A stretch of DNA of 64,000 bases, from positions 22,115-86,114 of IMG/VR virus record IMGVR_UViG_3300022562_001969, one strand, 5' to 3'. The notes beneath the pieces are model-generated. The model ran no database searches. It was not told where the DNA came from and saw nothing but the letters and a program-made list of their open reading frames with translations. The position numbers and the translations under genes were made by a program. Every line of letters begins with the position of its first letter. Position 1 is the first letter of the stretch. The DNA is from a virus. This document shows, piece by piece, positions 16,741-26,500 of this stretch.

Positions 16741-16910
16741 GGCAACATCTGGGTATACCCAGATTATACATAATATATATTGTGGCGCCTTTTTTGTCAA
16801 TCGGACAACCGGCTCAATATTGCTCGCTAAATGTTCTTTTTTGGGGTGGTTAAGGTACAAAATAGGCGCGAACCCTCCGGGCAATGGCTGGGCGCTTGGG
16901 GTTCGCAAAC
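16741..16910 (-). promoter_or_regulatory. Type I-C leader with promoter
   Basis: GCGAACCCC...GGGTTCGCGC inverted leader motif 16866-16907; TTGACA-17-TATATT 16800-16772. Confidence 0.85.
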
Positions 16911-16927
16911 CCAGATTAAAGGATGAT

Positions 16928-17010
16928 CGGTTCACCCCCACGCCTGTGGGGAATACTCGTCCATCGTCCATCGTCGCGAAGCGGTTCACCCCCCCGCCTG
17001 TGGGGAATAC
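16928..17010 (-). CRISPR. Type I-E mini-array: 2 repeats, one 25-nt spacer
   Basis: GTATTCCCCACAGGCG(T/G)GGGGGTGAACCG at 16928-16956 and 16982-17010. Confidence 0.95.
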
Positions 17011-17197
17011 GCTCCAAAACGTTATAAAGTTTTAATGTTACAACCGTTCGCTAGCTTAGAACACGGATATGGGGAGGGTAACGGATTTTCGACCTGGCTA
17101 TAAGTAATCCGTTACCTTCTGCCAATCCGCTGTTCTCAAGCTAACCGTGCAATAGCAGCAACGCCCAAACGGTCGTCCATCGTCCATCGTCAGCCGT

Positions 17198-17503
17198 CTA
17201 TCGTCCACCGTCCATCGTCACCCCCGGGCAGCCTTCGACAAGCTCAGGCTGCTGCGGTCGTCCATCGTCGGTCGTCCATCGTCGGTCGTCCATCGTCGCC
17301 CCCCGGGCGGCCAGCGCCGTATTAAGCGCCTTGAGTTCCGCCTCAAGATCACCTATTTTTTTTTGCAAAGCGGTTTCGTTGGCGGCCATCTTGGCCAACC
17401 GCTTCTCCAGGGTAATATTCAGGAGAAGCGCCTGGCTTAATAGTGAGCCCCAGCGTTGGCCGAGGGTATCGACCAGCTCCAAAATTTGCTGTTCGGTCAT
17501 CAT
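17198..17503 (-). CDS. Small coiled-coil protein (C-terminus encoded by repeats)
   Basis: ATGA overlap with the upstream gene. Confidence 0.55.
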   Translation of the reverse strand: MMTEQQILELVDTLGQRWGSLLSQALLLNITLEKRLAKMAANETALQKKIGDLEAELKALNTALAARGATMDDRRWTTDDGRPQQPELVEGCPGVTMDGGR

Positions 17504-17766
17504 GGTCTCTCGAACAGGAATTGGTCAATGTTCGTACCGTGGCCGCCCGCTAACCAGATATTCAGTAGGTCATTGATTGATGAATATGCGTTGTCATACT
17601 GCGTTTTATTAACCGCTCGCCCGTCAAAATCCCCGCTGACCAATGCAATATAATTATTATGAGTATGCCTGCTATACAATCCTTCTAAGTCGGTCAAAAT
17701 CTTTCTAAATTCTTGTAATTTCTGACCGGTTTCTTCGATGTGACTGTTAAACGTATTTATTGCCAT
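17500..17766 (-). CDS. Hypothetical protein
   Basis: Follows the tail fibre in the operon. Confidence 0.65.
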   Translation of the reverse strand: MAINTFNSHIEETGQKLQEFRKILTDLEGLYSRHTHNNYIALVSGDFDGRAVNKTQYDNAYSSINDLLNIWLAGGHGTNIDQFLFERP

Positions 17767-17770
17767 ATTA

Positions 17771-19453
17771 TTATCCTAAAATTCCCGCTGTCTGAAAATC
17801 GTTAATGAGTGTTCCCAGCACGTCGGCTATTTCGGCCAATGTCGTACTATCCGCGTCGAATGACCTGTCCGTGGTGACATTGGTCGGCGTGTAGGTTTGC
17901 AAGCCGCCGTCTTTGGCAATGATAACCGTATTGCCGGAGCTAAAAACTACTTTTTGCTGAGTGGTTCCCCCCCCATCATCCTCAGCGTATAGACGAGTGG
18001 TGTTTGCCCCGCCTGCGCCCGGCGCAGTCATCTCTGTAAATTCAATATCTCCCGCCCCCAGGTCGATTTTGGCTGATGGTGAGGCTACGCCAACGCCAAT
18101 ATTAGCGGCGGCGGTAATGACCAACCTGTTACCACTGCCCCCTACCGTAAACCGCATCTCATCAGCCGAGTGGTTGTAGACAAACTGACCAACATTGGCG
18201 CTACTGGCGTCGCCAAAATCTATAATGGAGTTTGCCGCCGCGCCCCCTATCAGGGTTAGGCGGACATTGTCTGTAGTATTGACGTTGTTTTGGACAAAAA
18301 TCCCGTTACCCGTTGGGATGGAGGGCAACGAGCCGGCTCCGCCAGTAACGTGCAATTTGTATTGCGGGCTGCTTTCACTGATGCCGACATTGCCACCCGG
18401 CAACACCCGTAATCTTTCGACATTGCCGCCGCTATTATTGGGACTGGTTTTAATGAAAAATGACATCGGCACGGTATTGGCGGCCACACTGCCCTCTATC
18501 TCGGCCCCAAACTGGGCGGCCAGATTATAATCGGTGCCGTCGTGGGCCTCAAAATTGAACAGCCCTACAGTGTCTCCAGCCTGAACTGCCGCCCCCCCGG
18601 CTCTGGCTCGCAAAAATGCGGCCTGGCTGCCACGCCCGGCCGTATCCGATTGTCGCGACAACACGATAGCGCGGACGTTGGCCACGTCCGCATCCTGCAC
18701 GGACAGTTGCGCCTGAGTGACCGTACCTTGAAACGTATATTGCGTATCGGCCGACCTGATACTAACAGCCTCATTAGTCACATCGACATTAAACACCGGC
18801 GCGCCGCCATCAGCGTCCAATACCTGGAAAAAGTCCGTACTATCAGTCGTTGGTTGTAGCTTTATCTGGCCGGTAGAGGTAGGTTTAATGGTTAAGTCGT
18901 GGCTGGCGTCTACCGCCAGCGTGGCGTAGACCGAATTATCCGTATGGGTGAGCCGTAGTTGCGGGCCGGCGTTATTGAGGATGTCCACCTGATTGCGAGG
19001 CGTGGCCACGCCAACGCCGAAAAAGCCGTCACTGCCCCGCAAAAACATATCGCCATTGAAATTGATGTCCACATCCCCTGAGCCGGGGCCAAGGGTAATC
19101 AAATCCTGGGTGGTCTCTGTCAATTTCAGCATCGACAGGCCGCCAGCGGTAAACTCTATCTCATCGTCAGCGAAACAAATTTTGGTGTCCGGGTCGCCAG
19201 TGTGAATGATGCAATCGGCCAGGGTCAGATTACCCACCCCACTCAGATCGCCGGTGATAATCAGGTTTCCGGCCAGGGTGACATCGCCGTTATTGTCAAC
19301 GCTCACAGCCGGATCAACCGTCCCATCCGGCGAGACCATGACGCTATGAGGCGGCGCTTCCAGAGTTTTCAATTGGTTCAGATCGGTAATTAGCCGGATC
19401 ATCCCCTGATTGCTTTGCTGGCCAATCACCTCGTTGAAATTTGGATCAGGCAT
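17771..19453 (-). CDS. Tail fibre / receptor-binding protein
   Basis: GNVGISESSPQYKLHV and NIGVGVASPSAKIDL fibre repeats; position. Confidence 0.85.
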   Translation of the reverse strand: MPDPNFNEVIGQQSNQGMIRLITDLNQLKTLEAPPHSVMVSPDGTVDPAVSVDNNGDVTLAGNLIITGDLSGVGNLTLADCIIHTGDPDTKICFADDEIEFTAGGLSMLKLTETTQDLITLGPGSGDVDINFNGDMFLRGSDGFFGVGVATPRNQVDILNNAGPQLRLTHTDNSVYATLAVDASHDLTIKPTSTGQIKLQPTTDSTDFFQVLDADGGAPVFNVDVTNEAVSIRSADTQYTFQGTVTQAQLSVQDADVANVRAIVLSRQSDTAGRGSQAAFLRARAGGAAVQAGDTVGLFNFEAHDGTDYNLAAQFGAEIEGSVAANTVPMSFFIKTSPNNSGGNVERLRVLPGGNVGISESSPQYKLHVTGGAGSLPSIPTGNGIFVQNNVNTTDNVRLTLIGGAAANSIIDFGDASSANVGQFVYNHSADEMRFTVGGSGNRLVITAAANIGVGVASPSAKIDLGAGDIEFTEMTAPGAGGANTTRLYAEDDGGGTTQQKVVFSSGNTVIIAKDGGLQTYTPTNVTTDRSFDADSTTLAEIADVLGTLINDFQTAGILG

Positions 19454-20613
19454 TATATATCCTCAAACTCCATCCGGATTTCATCCACCTCCTCGCCATC
19501 CGGGTTGACGCTGGTGGAGATGCTGCGCAATTGTTTGTTCACCCGCACCCCGGAGCGATTGGACTGCGCAGTCACAAAATCGGCCAGAAAATAATCCCGG
19601 TATAACACCTGCGCCCCCCGGCGCGGGTTGAAGTTGAATTGCTCTTTGGAGACCAGCTCCTTCAGCTTGGCCTTGGCCGACCCTACCAGGTCGGCCGCCG
19701 TGTCACTCTGCACCGAGTTGACCACGCTCTCACGCTGGGCGATACCCGACACCGCCAGGCTGTCCGTGTCGGTGGCCACCTCTACCCGGCGATCAGAGCC
19801 ATAGCCCTGCCCCAGGGCGACCACCACATTGGCTTCGTTGTAGCGGCTGCGGCTGAGGCGCTCCGACTGAATGTTGCCCAATTGCGCGCTGAAAATGAGA
19901 GGGGCGTTGCCGGCGGCGTTTAGACCACCGCTGCCAATGTGCAGCCCCTCGGTGGTCCGGTCAATGCCCAATTGACCGACCTCAAATTGAAACTGAAACC
20001 CACCCAGATAAGTCACCCGGAAATCGACCTTGTCGGTGATGGCGGCGTTATTCTCGCGGGTGAAATCGCTAATCTCGCGGATGGTGGCCATTAAATTCTT
20101 TCTGGCCTTGGAGCCGGACCAGGTTCCCCCCAGGATCGGATCCGCCGCCAGAGTGACCAAATTCTGGGCCGGATAGTCGCGGCTGGCCGTCCCACCGGCC
20201 CCCACGTTTTCATACACGTATGAGAGCATGACGCTGGAAGCGGCCCCGCTTTTGTTGGCCTGGGCGCTGTCGGTCGGATATAAAATCCAGGTTTTTTCTA
20301 ATAGCTCCTCCATCGCCGGGCCGTAGGAAGTGTAAATCTGCTGGCCGTTTGGCGAGAGTGAATCGCTAAAAGTTTTGTGGATACCGTTGAAGATGTTGAG
20401 CCAGTCAATGCCAAAGGTGTTATCCTGAAACCAAATCCGGACAATGGAGTCGTCCTGAATTTCGCCAATGCGACTATCAAACCCGGATAAGGTGAGCTGG
20501 TATTCCCCCTTGGCCGAGATACGTTGGGTGAAAGAGAGCGAGCGGAAATCCTCAAAAATGGCCACAGTGGAGCCGGCCGAGTTTTCAATATCCACCCGAT
20601 AAAGAACCGGCAT
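19453..20613 (-). CDS. Minor tail / hub protein (ReqiPepy6 Gp37-like)
   Basis: NVVVALGQGYG...LYRDYFLADFVT; position after Dit. Confidence 0.8.
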   Translation of the reverse strand: MPVLYRVDIENSAGSTVAIFEDFRSLSFTQRISAKGEYQLTLSGFDSRIGEIQDDSIVRIWFQDNTFGIDWLNIFNGIHKTFSDSLSPNGQQIYTSYGPAMEELLEKTWILYPTDSAQANKSGAASSVMLSYVYENVGAGGTASRDYPAQNLVTLAADPILGGTWSGSKARKNLMATIREISDFTRENNAAITDKVDFRVTYLGGFQFQFEVGQLGIDRTTEGLHIGSGGLNAAGNAPLIFSAQLGNIQSERLSRSRYNEANVVVALGQGYGSDRRVEVATDTDSLAVSGIAQRESVVNSVQSDTAADLVGSAKAKLKELVSKEQFNFNPRRGAQVLYRDYFLADFVTAQSNRSGVRVNKQLRSISTSVNPDGEEVDEIRMEFEDI

Positions 20614-21611
20614 TAGATCAGCCCCATCAATGTTATACTCGACCCATCGGCGAAATTCCCGGCCGCCACTGCAATATCAATTCGAGTAATAGCGCCTGTG
20701 TTCCGCCACCAGGCCGCCCCCTGGGTAATTTCAAAAGCGGCGCCGTCCCCGAAGAAAGTATTTTTGGAAAGGGCGTTTTTATACCCGGTGGTTAATCTGT
20801 AAAACGGTATCAGAATTTCAAAGCTGTCATAATAATCAGTGGTCCCATTGGCCGCAGTTGTTTTCATATTGCCAATGGACGTGTCGGCTGCCGCATCGGT
20901 CTCGCTCAGTGTGCCGGCTGAGTTAGCTGTGTGCGCAATCCAGTCGTAATTAGCCCCCCCGTCACTGTTGAAGGTCATTTGTAGAGCGACAGATGCAGCC
21001 GCAGTGGTGCCTCTGATACGACCTTTCAACAACAGGTGGGAGAAAAGAGGGGCAATACTTGAAAAAGTGGCCGTGGCGGAGCCACCGGCGCTGGTAAATA
21101 CGCCCAGTTTGACCGCCGTCCCTGAAGGGGTGGCCAACACCCGGGCGTCCGAAATGGAAGAGAAATTACCAGCCCCATCCAGGACGACATCTACAATGGG
21201 CACTTCCCAGGTGGCGGCGGTCTGGGTCAAAACAGCCTTAGAGCTGACTGCGCCGCCTATCCGGGCCAGCCTGACTGTCTGAGAGGCCGCCACACGCTGC
21301 AAAACAATGATATCGGTGGCGTTGATGTTGCCGGGGCTGGCGTTAATATCAAAATCGACATTGGCGTCATTGGTATAAACCCAACCCTCGACAATGCCCA
21401 CCCCGCTGGCGATACGGACGGTGGAACCGGCTGGGTTCGTCGGTTCTAACAGACCAGAGTAAGGGGATTGGGTCCAGTAGATCACCCCGGCCGTGTCAGG
21501 GGTGATATTGCTTAAAAATTTGTTTGTGTCCTCCACAATAGCCAGGCTGTAAGAGGAGGCGCCCCCGTCTCCGGCGACTGTGCAACTCCATGGAAATGAA
21601 AATTCTGTCAT
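20613..21611 (-). CDS. Minor tail/baseplate protein, paralog B
   Basis: Start MTEFSFPWSC; shares N-terminal domain with 21611-22585. Confidence 0.8.
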   Translation of the reverse strand: MTEFSFPWSCTVAGDGGASSYSLAIVEDTNKFLSNITPDTAGVIYWTQSPYSGLLEPTNPAGSTVRIASGVGIVEGWVYTNDANVDFDINASPGNINATDIIVLQRVAASQTVRLARIGGAVSSKAVLTQTAATWEVPIVDVVLDGAGNFSSISDARVLATPSGTAVKLGVFTSAGGSATATFSSIAPLFSHLLLKGRIRGTTAAASVALQMTFNSDGGANYDWIAHTANSAGTLSETDAAADTSIGNMKTTAANGTTDYYDSFEILIPFYRLTTGYKNALSKNTFFGDGAAFEITQGAAWWRNTGAITRIDIAVAAGNFADGSSITLMGLI

Positions 21612-22585
21612 TATACTACTCCATATAGCGTCATCGCAGTGCCGGCTCCGCCACCAGCCGCCACAACTACTCTTAAGGAATTTATGGGAGAGGCGGAACG
21701 AAAAAACCAGCATCCACTCCGGCTAATCTTGAAATCTGCCACACTCTGGAAAAATGCGCTGCGGGTCAGAAAACTTTTGGCGGGGGCATTGGTAGCGTAG
21801 TCAGGCATAAGGATTTCAAAAACGCTAAAATAGTTGGCCGTGCTGTTGGTCTCAACCGCTGTATAACTGGCGCCTCCCCCCGTGCCGTTCGTCTCGGACT
21901 GAGTACCGCTTGCGTCGGCCGAATGAATTATTTGAGAGCCAATCGGTACACTGGTGTTAACTTGCAGGCTGATGAATGAGGAAACAGTGGCGTTGCCACG
22001 CCCAATCAGTTTTAATGCAGAGAAAACGGGGGGGATATTATCGAACCGGTTATCCAGCGTGTCGAATATTTCCGCTATTTTTATTATTGTCCCGGACGAT
22101 ACGGCCAAAGCTCTGACATCGGTTATTGAGACTAACTTCCCCGTTCCATCCAGGGACAATTCCACCAGGGGCACTTCCCAGGTGGCGGCGGTTTGGGTCA
22201 GCGTGGCTTTGGCGTTTGCTTCCCCCCGCAGTCGCACTAATCGCACGGTCTGATTAATCAAAGAGCGGCGTAAAACAATGATATCAGTGGCGCTGGCGTT
22301 GCCGGGGTTGCCGTTAATATCAAAATCGACATTGGCGTCATTGGTATACAGCCACCCCTCTACAAAGCCCACCCCACTGGCGATACGGACGGTATTGACA
22401 CCATCTGGCAAACTCGGTCCTAATAAATTTTCGTAGGGTGATGTTGTCCAATAAACGACCCCATTTTCGGTGGGATTGAAATTACACAACAAGCGATTGG
22501 TCGCGGTCACCATACTCAAGCTGAGCGAATTCGGGCCACCGTCGCCGGTGGCCGTACAACTCCAGGGAAAGGAAAATTGGGTCAT
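21611..22585 (-). CDS. Minor tail/baseplate protein, paralog A
   Basis: MTQFSFPWSC...TVRIASGVG.VEGW.YTNDANVDFDIN. Confidence 0.8.
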   Translation of the reverse strand: MTQFSFPWSCTATGDGGPNSLSLSMVTATNRLLCNFNPTENGVVYWTTSPYENLLGPSLPDGVNTVRIASGVGFVEGWLYTNDANVDFDINGNPGNASATDIIVLRRSLINQTVRLVRLRGEANAKATLTQTAATWEVPLVELSLDGTGKLVSITDVRALAVSSGTIIKIAEIFDTLDNRFDNIPPVFSALKLIGRGNATVSSFISLQVNTSVPIGSQIIHSADASGTQSETNGTGGGASYTAVETNSTANYFSVFEILMPDYATNAPAKSFLTRSAFFQSVADFKISRSGCWFFRSASPINSLRVVVAAGGGAGTAMTLYGVV

Positions 22586-22594
22586 CGGTCTACC

Positions 22595-23536
22595 TCAACA
22601 GGGCGCAAAGGCCGAAATATGGCGCACATAATAGGTAAAGGTCACCTGCGAGACGCCCTCCTCTACCGCCGCGCCCACGACGGTGATGGAGTTGTCGCCG
22701 CTGGCGGTCAAATCCCCCACGGTGGCCAGGGCAAAGGTCGCCAGGTCGGAATCGCTGGAAACTGTGCCAATCAGGTTAACCCCCAGGTCGTTGAGGACGG
22801 TGACCGTATTGGGCAGGATGGTGATGGTCACCGTCTCGCCACTGGCCACAATGTAATCCAGTTGAATACTCTGGCCGGTGGTGTTGTTGATGATTTCCGG
22901 CGAGGTCATGGGGCCGGTAATGACGATGGTGATCTGATCACCTTCCCAGGTGCCCGGGTAATTGATGGTCGTGGTGGTGGCGATATAGTCATTGGCCAGG
23001 CAGGTGTCCAGACAGGTGTCCAGACAGGCCCCGGTGATGGTTGAGGTAAACGTTTCGGTCAGGGCCGTGGGCAGCCGCCAAATGGGGTCCTCGCAAAAAA
23101 AGCGCACCGATTCGCGCAAATCGGCCGTGGACAGGCTGCTCTCCCCATCCCAATTGCCGGCCGGCCCTTCCAGGATTCTGGCCCCGATCTCAATCTCGAC
23201 ATTATCGGGCCGGATAAAGAGCAATGTCCCGGCGGCGACCACACTGGACCGGTTGGGCCGTAAGGCGTTAATCATCTCGGCCTCATTGCACCAAAAATCA
23301 TCCCGCAGGCAACCCCGCTCGTAGAGTTGCAGATTGATAATCCGGGCGTCCAGCCGGAAATCGCGCACCGTGACCCCGTTCTGGAAGGGCCCGCGATCTT
23401 GCAGATAGGTAATCGGCGGCATCCCGGCCGCTTGCCAGGACATCAGCGCCCGCCGGCCGCCAAAAAGGGGATATTGCACCCCGTCCGGCGTGATATAGTA
23501 GGCGAATTCAATTAGCTGATAATTTCGATTAAACAT
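22595..23536 (-). CDS. Distal tail protein (Dit-like)
   Basis: Directly after the TMP; FFCEDPIW, IVITGPMTSPEIIN. Confidence 0.85.
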   Translation of the reverse strand: MFNRNYQLIEFAYYITPDGVQYPLFGGRRALMSWQAAGMPPITYLQDRGPFQNGVTVRDFRLDARIINLQLYERGCLRDDFWCNEAEMINALRPNRSSVVAAGTLLFIRPDNVEIEIGARILEGPAGNWDGESSLSTADLRESVRFFCEDPIWRLPTALTETFTSTITGACLDTCLDTCLANDYIATTTTINYPGTWEGDQITIVITGPMTSPEIINNTTGQSIQLDYIVASGETVTITILPNTVTVLNDLGVNLIGTVSSDSDLATFALATVGDLTASGDNSITVVGAAVEEGVSQVTFTYYVRHISAFAPC

Positions 23537-23542
23537 AGCCTT

Positions 23543-26500
23543 TTATGGCGCGCTGGCCAAAATATAGGATAACTGGGATTGATCCGCAATCGGCGTCCCG
23601 CTATTATTGGTATAGTTAACCGTGGTGTTATTGGTGGTGTTATTTTGCGAGAGCGCGCTGTTAGTGATTTGCTGGGCCGACGCCGGTTGCTCATAAACGC
23701 CCGCCTCCACCTGGGCCACAATCTGGTCAAAGGTCAGGCCGCTCGAAAAGGCGGTCGAGGGCACAATCCGGGCCAACTCGCGCACCTGATCCAATATCTG
23801 GCTGAAGGTCATCCCGCTATCCAGCCCGCCCAGGCTTAAAAATCGTTGTTCAGCGACTTTTTGCATATCGCCCGCGGATAAAGGCGGCGGCGGCGCGGGG
23901 GGTGGGGGCGGTGGCGGCGGTGGGGGGGGCGGTGGCGGGGGCGGCAAGGCCGGGGTGGACCGCTGAGACATCATCTGGATGAACCTATCCCATTCGCTCA
24001 TCTCCGGGCCCTGCACATCCAACTTTATCGGAGGCGGCGAGGTGATCACCAAATCCTTATTGATCTGGGAGACCGTATTTTTGAGCGCCCCTCGTTGGCT
24101 CTCAATGCCCCCGACCAGGCCGGTCATGATATCGGTGCCGATGCCGGCAAAGACGGTACTGGGCGATCTGATGCCCAGTACGGCTTTAGCCTGGCTAATG
24201 GCCCGGCTGACCACATCGCCCAGGGCGTTTACGATCTGGGAGGCGTTGGTCACAATGCCCGATAATAGCCCCTGCATCAGGCTGGCCGCAACGGTCACGA
24301 ATTGAGGGACGCTGCTTTGTAGCAGGCCAATGGCCTCCCGGACCAGGGTGGCAATGCCCACCAAGAAATTAGCTACAAACCGTTTCCCGGCCTCGATGAT
24401 GGCCGTAAACATATCCGGGATGATCGAGCCGCCGATCAGGGCGTCGGACAGAGAGGTGAAGTAGTCAATGACGCCGGTGACCAGGCCGCTAATCAGGGAG
24501 TAGATAGTTTGCACGAAGCCGGTCACCAGACCGACGACGCCACTGATTAAGCCCCCGACGATATTTTTTAGCCCCTGGCCCATCTGCGTCCAGGCCGCCT
24601 GCACCTGCTCGCTATTGCCTTGGAATAGGCCGACAACCAACTGCACAAAGCCGGTTATAAATTGCACGACGCCGGTCAAGGCGGTAGTGATCCCGGTGGC
24701 CACCTTTATGAAGGTGTCAATCAGGGGGCCAATGGCCTGCGAGATACCGGTCACCATCCCCACCGCCACCCCGACCGCAGCCAACATTGCCGCCCCGATG
24801 ACCGTCAAGACAACGGTGATGGCCGGCTGTAACGCCTGCCACAATTGGCCCAGTTGAGCCAGGAGTGGCCCAAAACGGCCCAGGGCGGCTGAGGCGTTTT
24901 CAACGAAAGTGGCGATAACCGGCCCAATTAAAGAGATAGCCACCCCAATGACAGTGGAGATCAGAGACCATGCGGTGGCGATGACGCGCTGAACATTTTC
25001 CCAGGTGTCCCGGATTGTCTGGCGAATACCCTCGCTATTTTTCTCCAAAAAGGCCAGCATATTGGCCAGCCCATCCCGGATGGCGACCACTATCCGGCCC
25101 AGGCTGAGGAAGATCGTATCCGAGATATTGCTCATAGAATTACTGGCGTCGCGGTCACTTTTTCCCCAGAATGTGCGCCAGATACCGCCAATCGTCTCCA
25201 ACGCTCCACTAAAAATTTCCTGAATAATCGGGAAGGCAGCCCCTAAAATATCCTGCACCAGGCCAAACGCCTCTTTTACCACCCCCCCATATTCCGCCCA
25301 GAATGAGGCCCAGAAGATTTTTAAGGCGTCAAATGTTTCGGTTATGAAGCCACTGATAAAGCTGATGGCCGTCTGGGTCTTTTCCTGGATGCCGCCCCAA
25401 TTGTTGCTCCAGACCACCCCCAGGGCCACCACCGCGCCGGCCACCAGGCCAATCGGCGAGAGCAACAGCCCAATCGCGCTCACCAGGGCTGTAATGCCAA
25501 GGTAAATAGCGCCGCCGGCCAAAATGCCCCCGATAGCGATCAAAACCCCCTTGAGCGCCTCCGCATGGTCAGAGACAAAGTCGCCAATCGTCATCCCCAG
25601 GTTGATAACGCCGGCGGCAAAGTTTTTGATCCGGGTTAACTCCGGCCCTTCTACCCCAAAGGCGGCCAGCCCGGCGATAAAGGAATCTAGTAGCCCTTGT
25701 CCCCCTAGCAAACTGCCGATGAAGGTAGTCAGACCCTCGCCGGCCCGTTTGAAGAAATCTACAAATGGCTCCGCGTTATTGGCCACAAAATCAGTGATAG
25801 CCCGGACAACGGCCGTCAGAGCGGGCAGCAAGGCCGTCCCCAGTTGGAGCTGGATGTCCTCAACCACCCCGCCCAAAATGTCCATTGCCCCGGCGAAGTT
25901 GTCAACCCGGGTCGCCGCCGCTTCCTGGGCCTGTCCAGAGGCGTTGACCGTGGTGGAAAGGGCCTCAAATTCAGAGCGAGTCAGGCCGGCCAGGGCCAGC
26001 ACTGTCCGGGCAGCGTCCGCTCCCCCCAGGGCGGTGGCGGTCTGAGCTTGCTGGGCCTCTGTCATCCCACTAAAGGCCCCGTGTAATTGGTCCACCACCT
26101 CGGCCATTGACCGCATTTGGCCAGATTCGTCGAAAAGGGTGATACCCAATTCGTCCAATGTCTCCTGCAGCTTGTCGGTCGGAGCGGCCAATCGTTGCAA
26201 AAAAGTCTTGAAACTGGTGCCGGCGTCGGCCCCGCTACTGAATGAAGAGGCTGAAGCGGCCAGGACGGTATTCAGGTCGCCAAAGCTGACCCCCATCCCG
26301 GCGGCGATCCCCCCGGCGTTGGCCAGAGCCAACCCGTAGTCATTAATATCGAATTTAGAGGCCGTGGTCACCCCGGTGATGCCATCAATGGCGGTTGACA
26401 TATCGTTGGCTTCAATGTGAAACAGGGCCATCGCGTCGGTGGCAATATCGGCCGCTCTGGAAAAATCGGCTCCGGTCGCGTTCGACAGAGCCACGGTAGC

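Noticed and set aside
16364-17035. 223-aa ORF across the I-C array; also 3635-3826 and 14812-15121
   Set aside because: Read-through of CRISPR or tandem repeats
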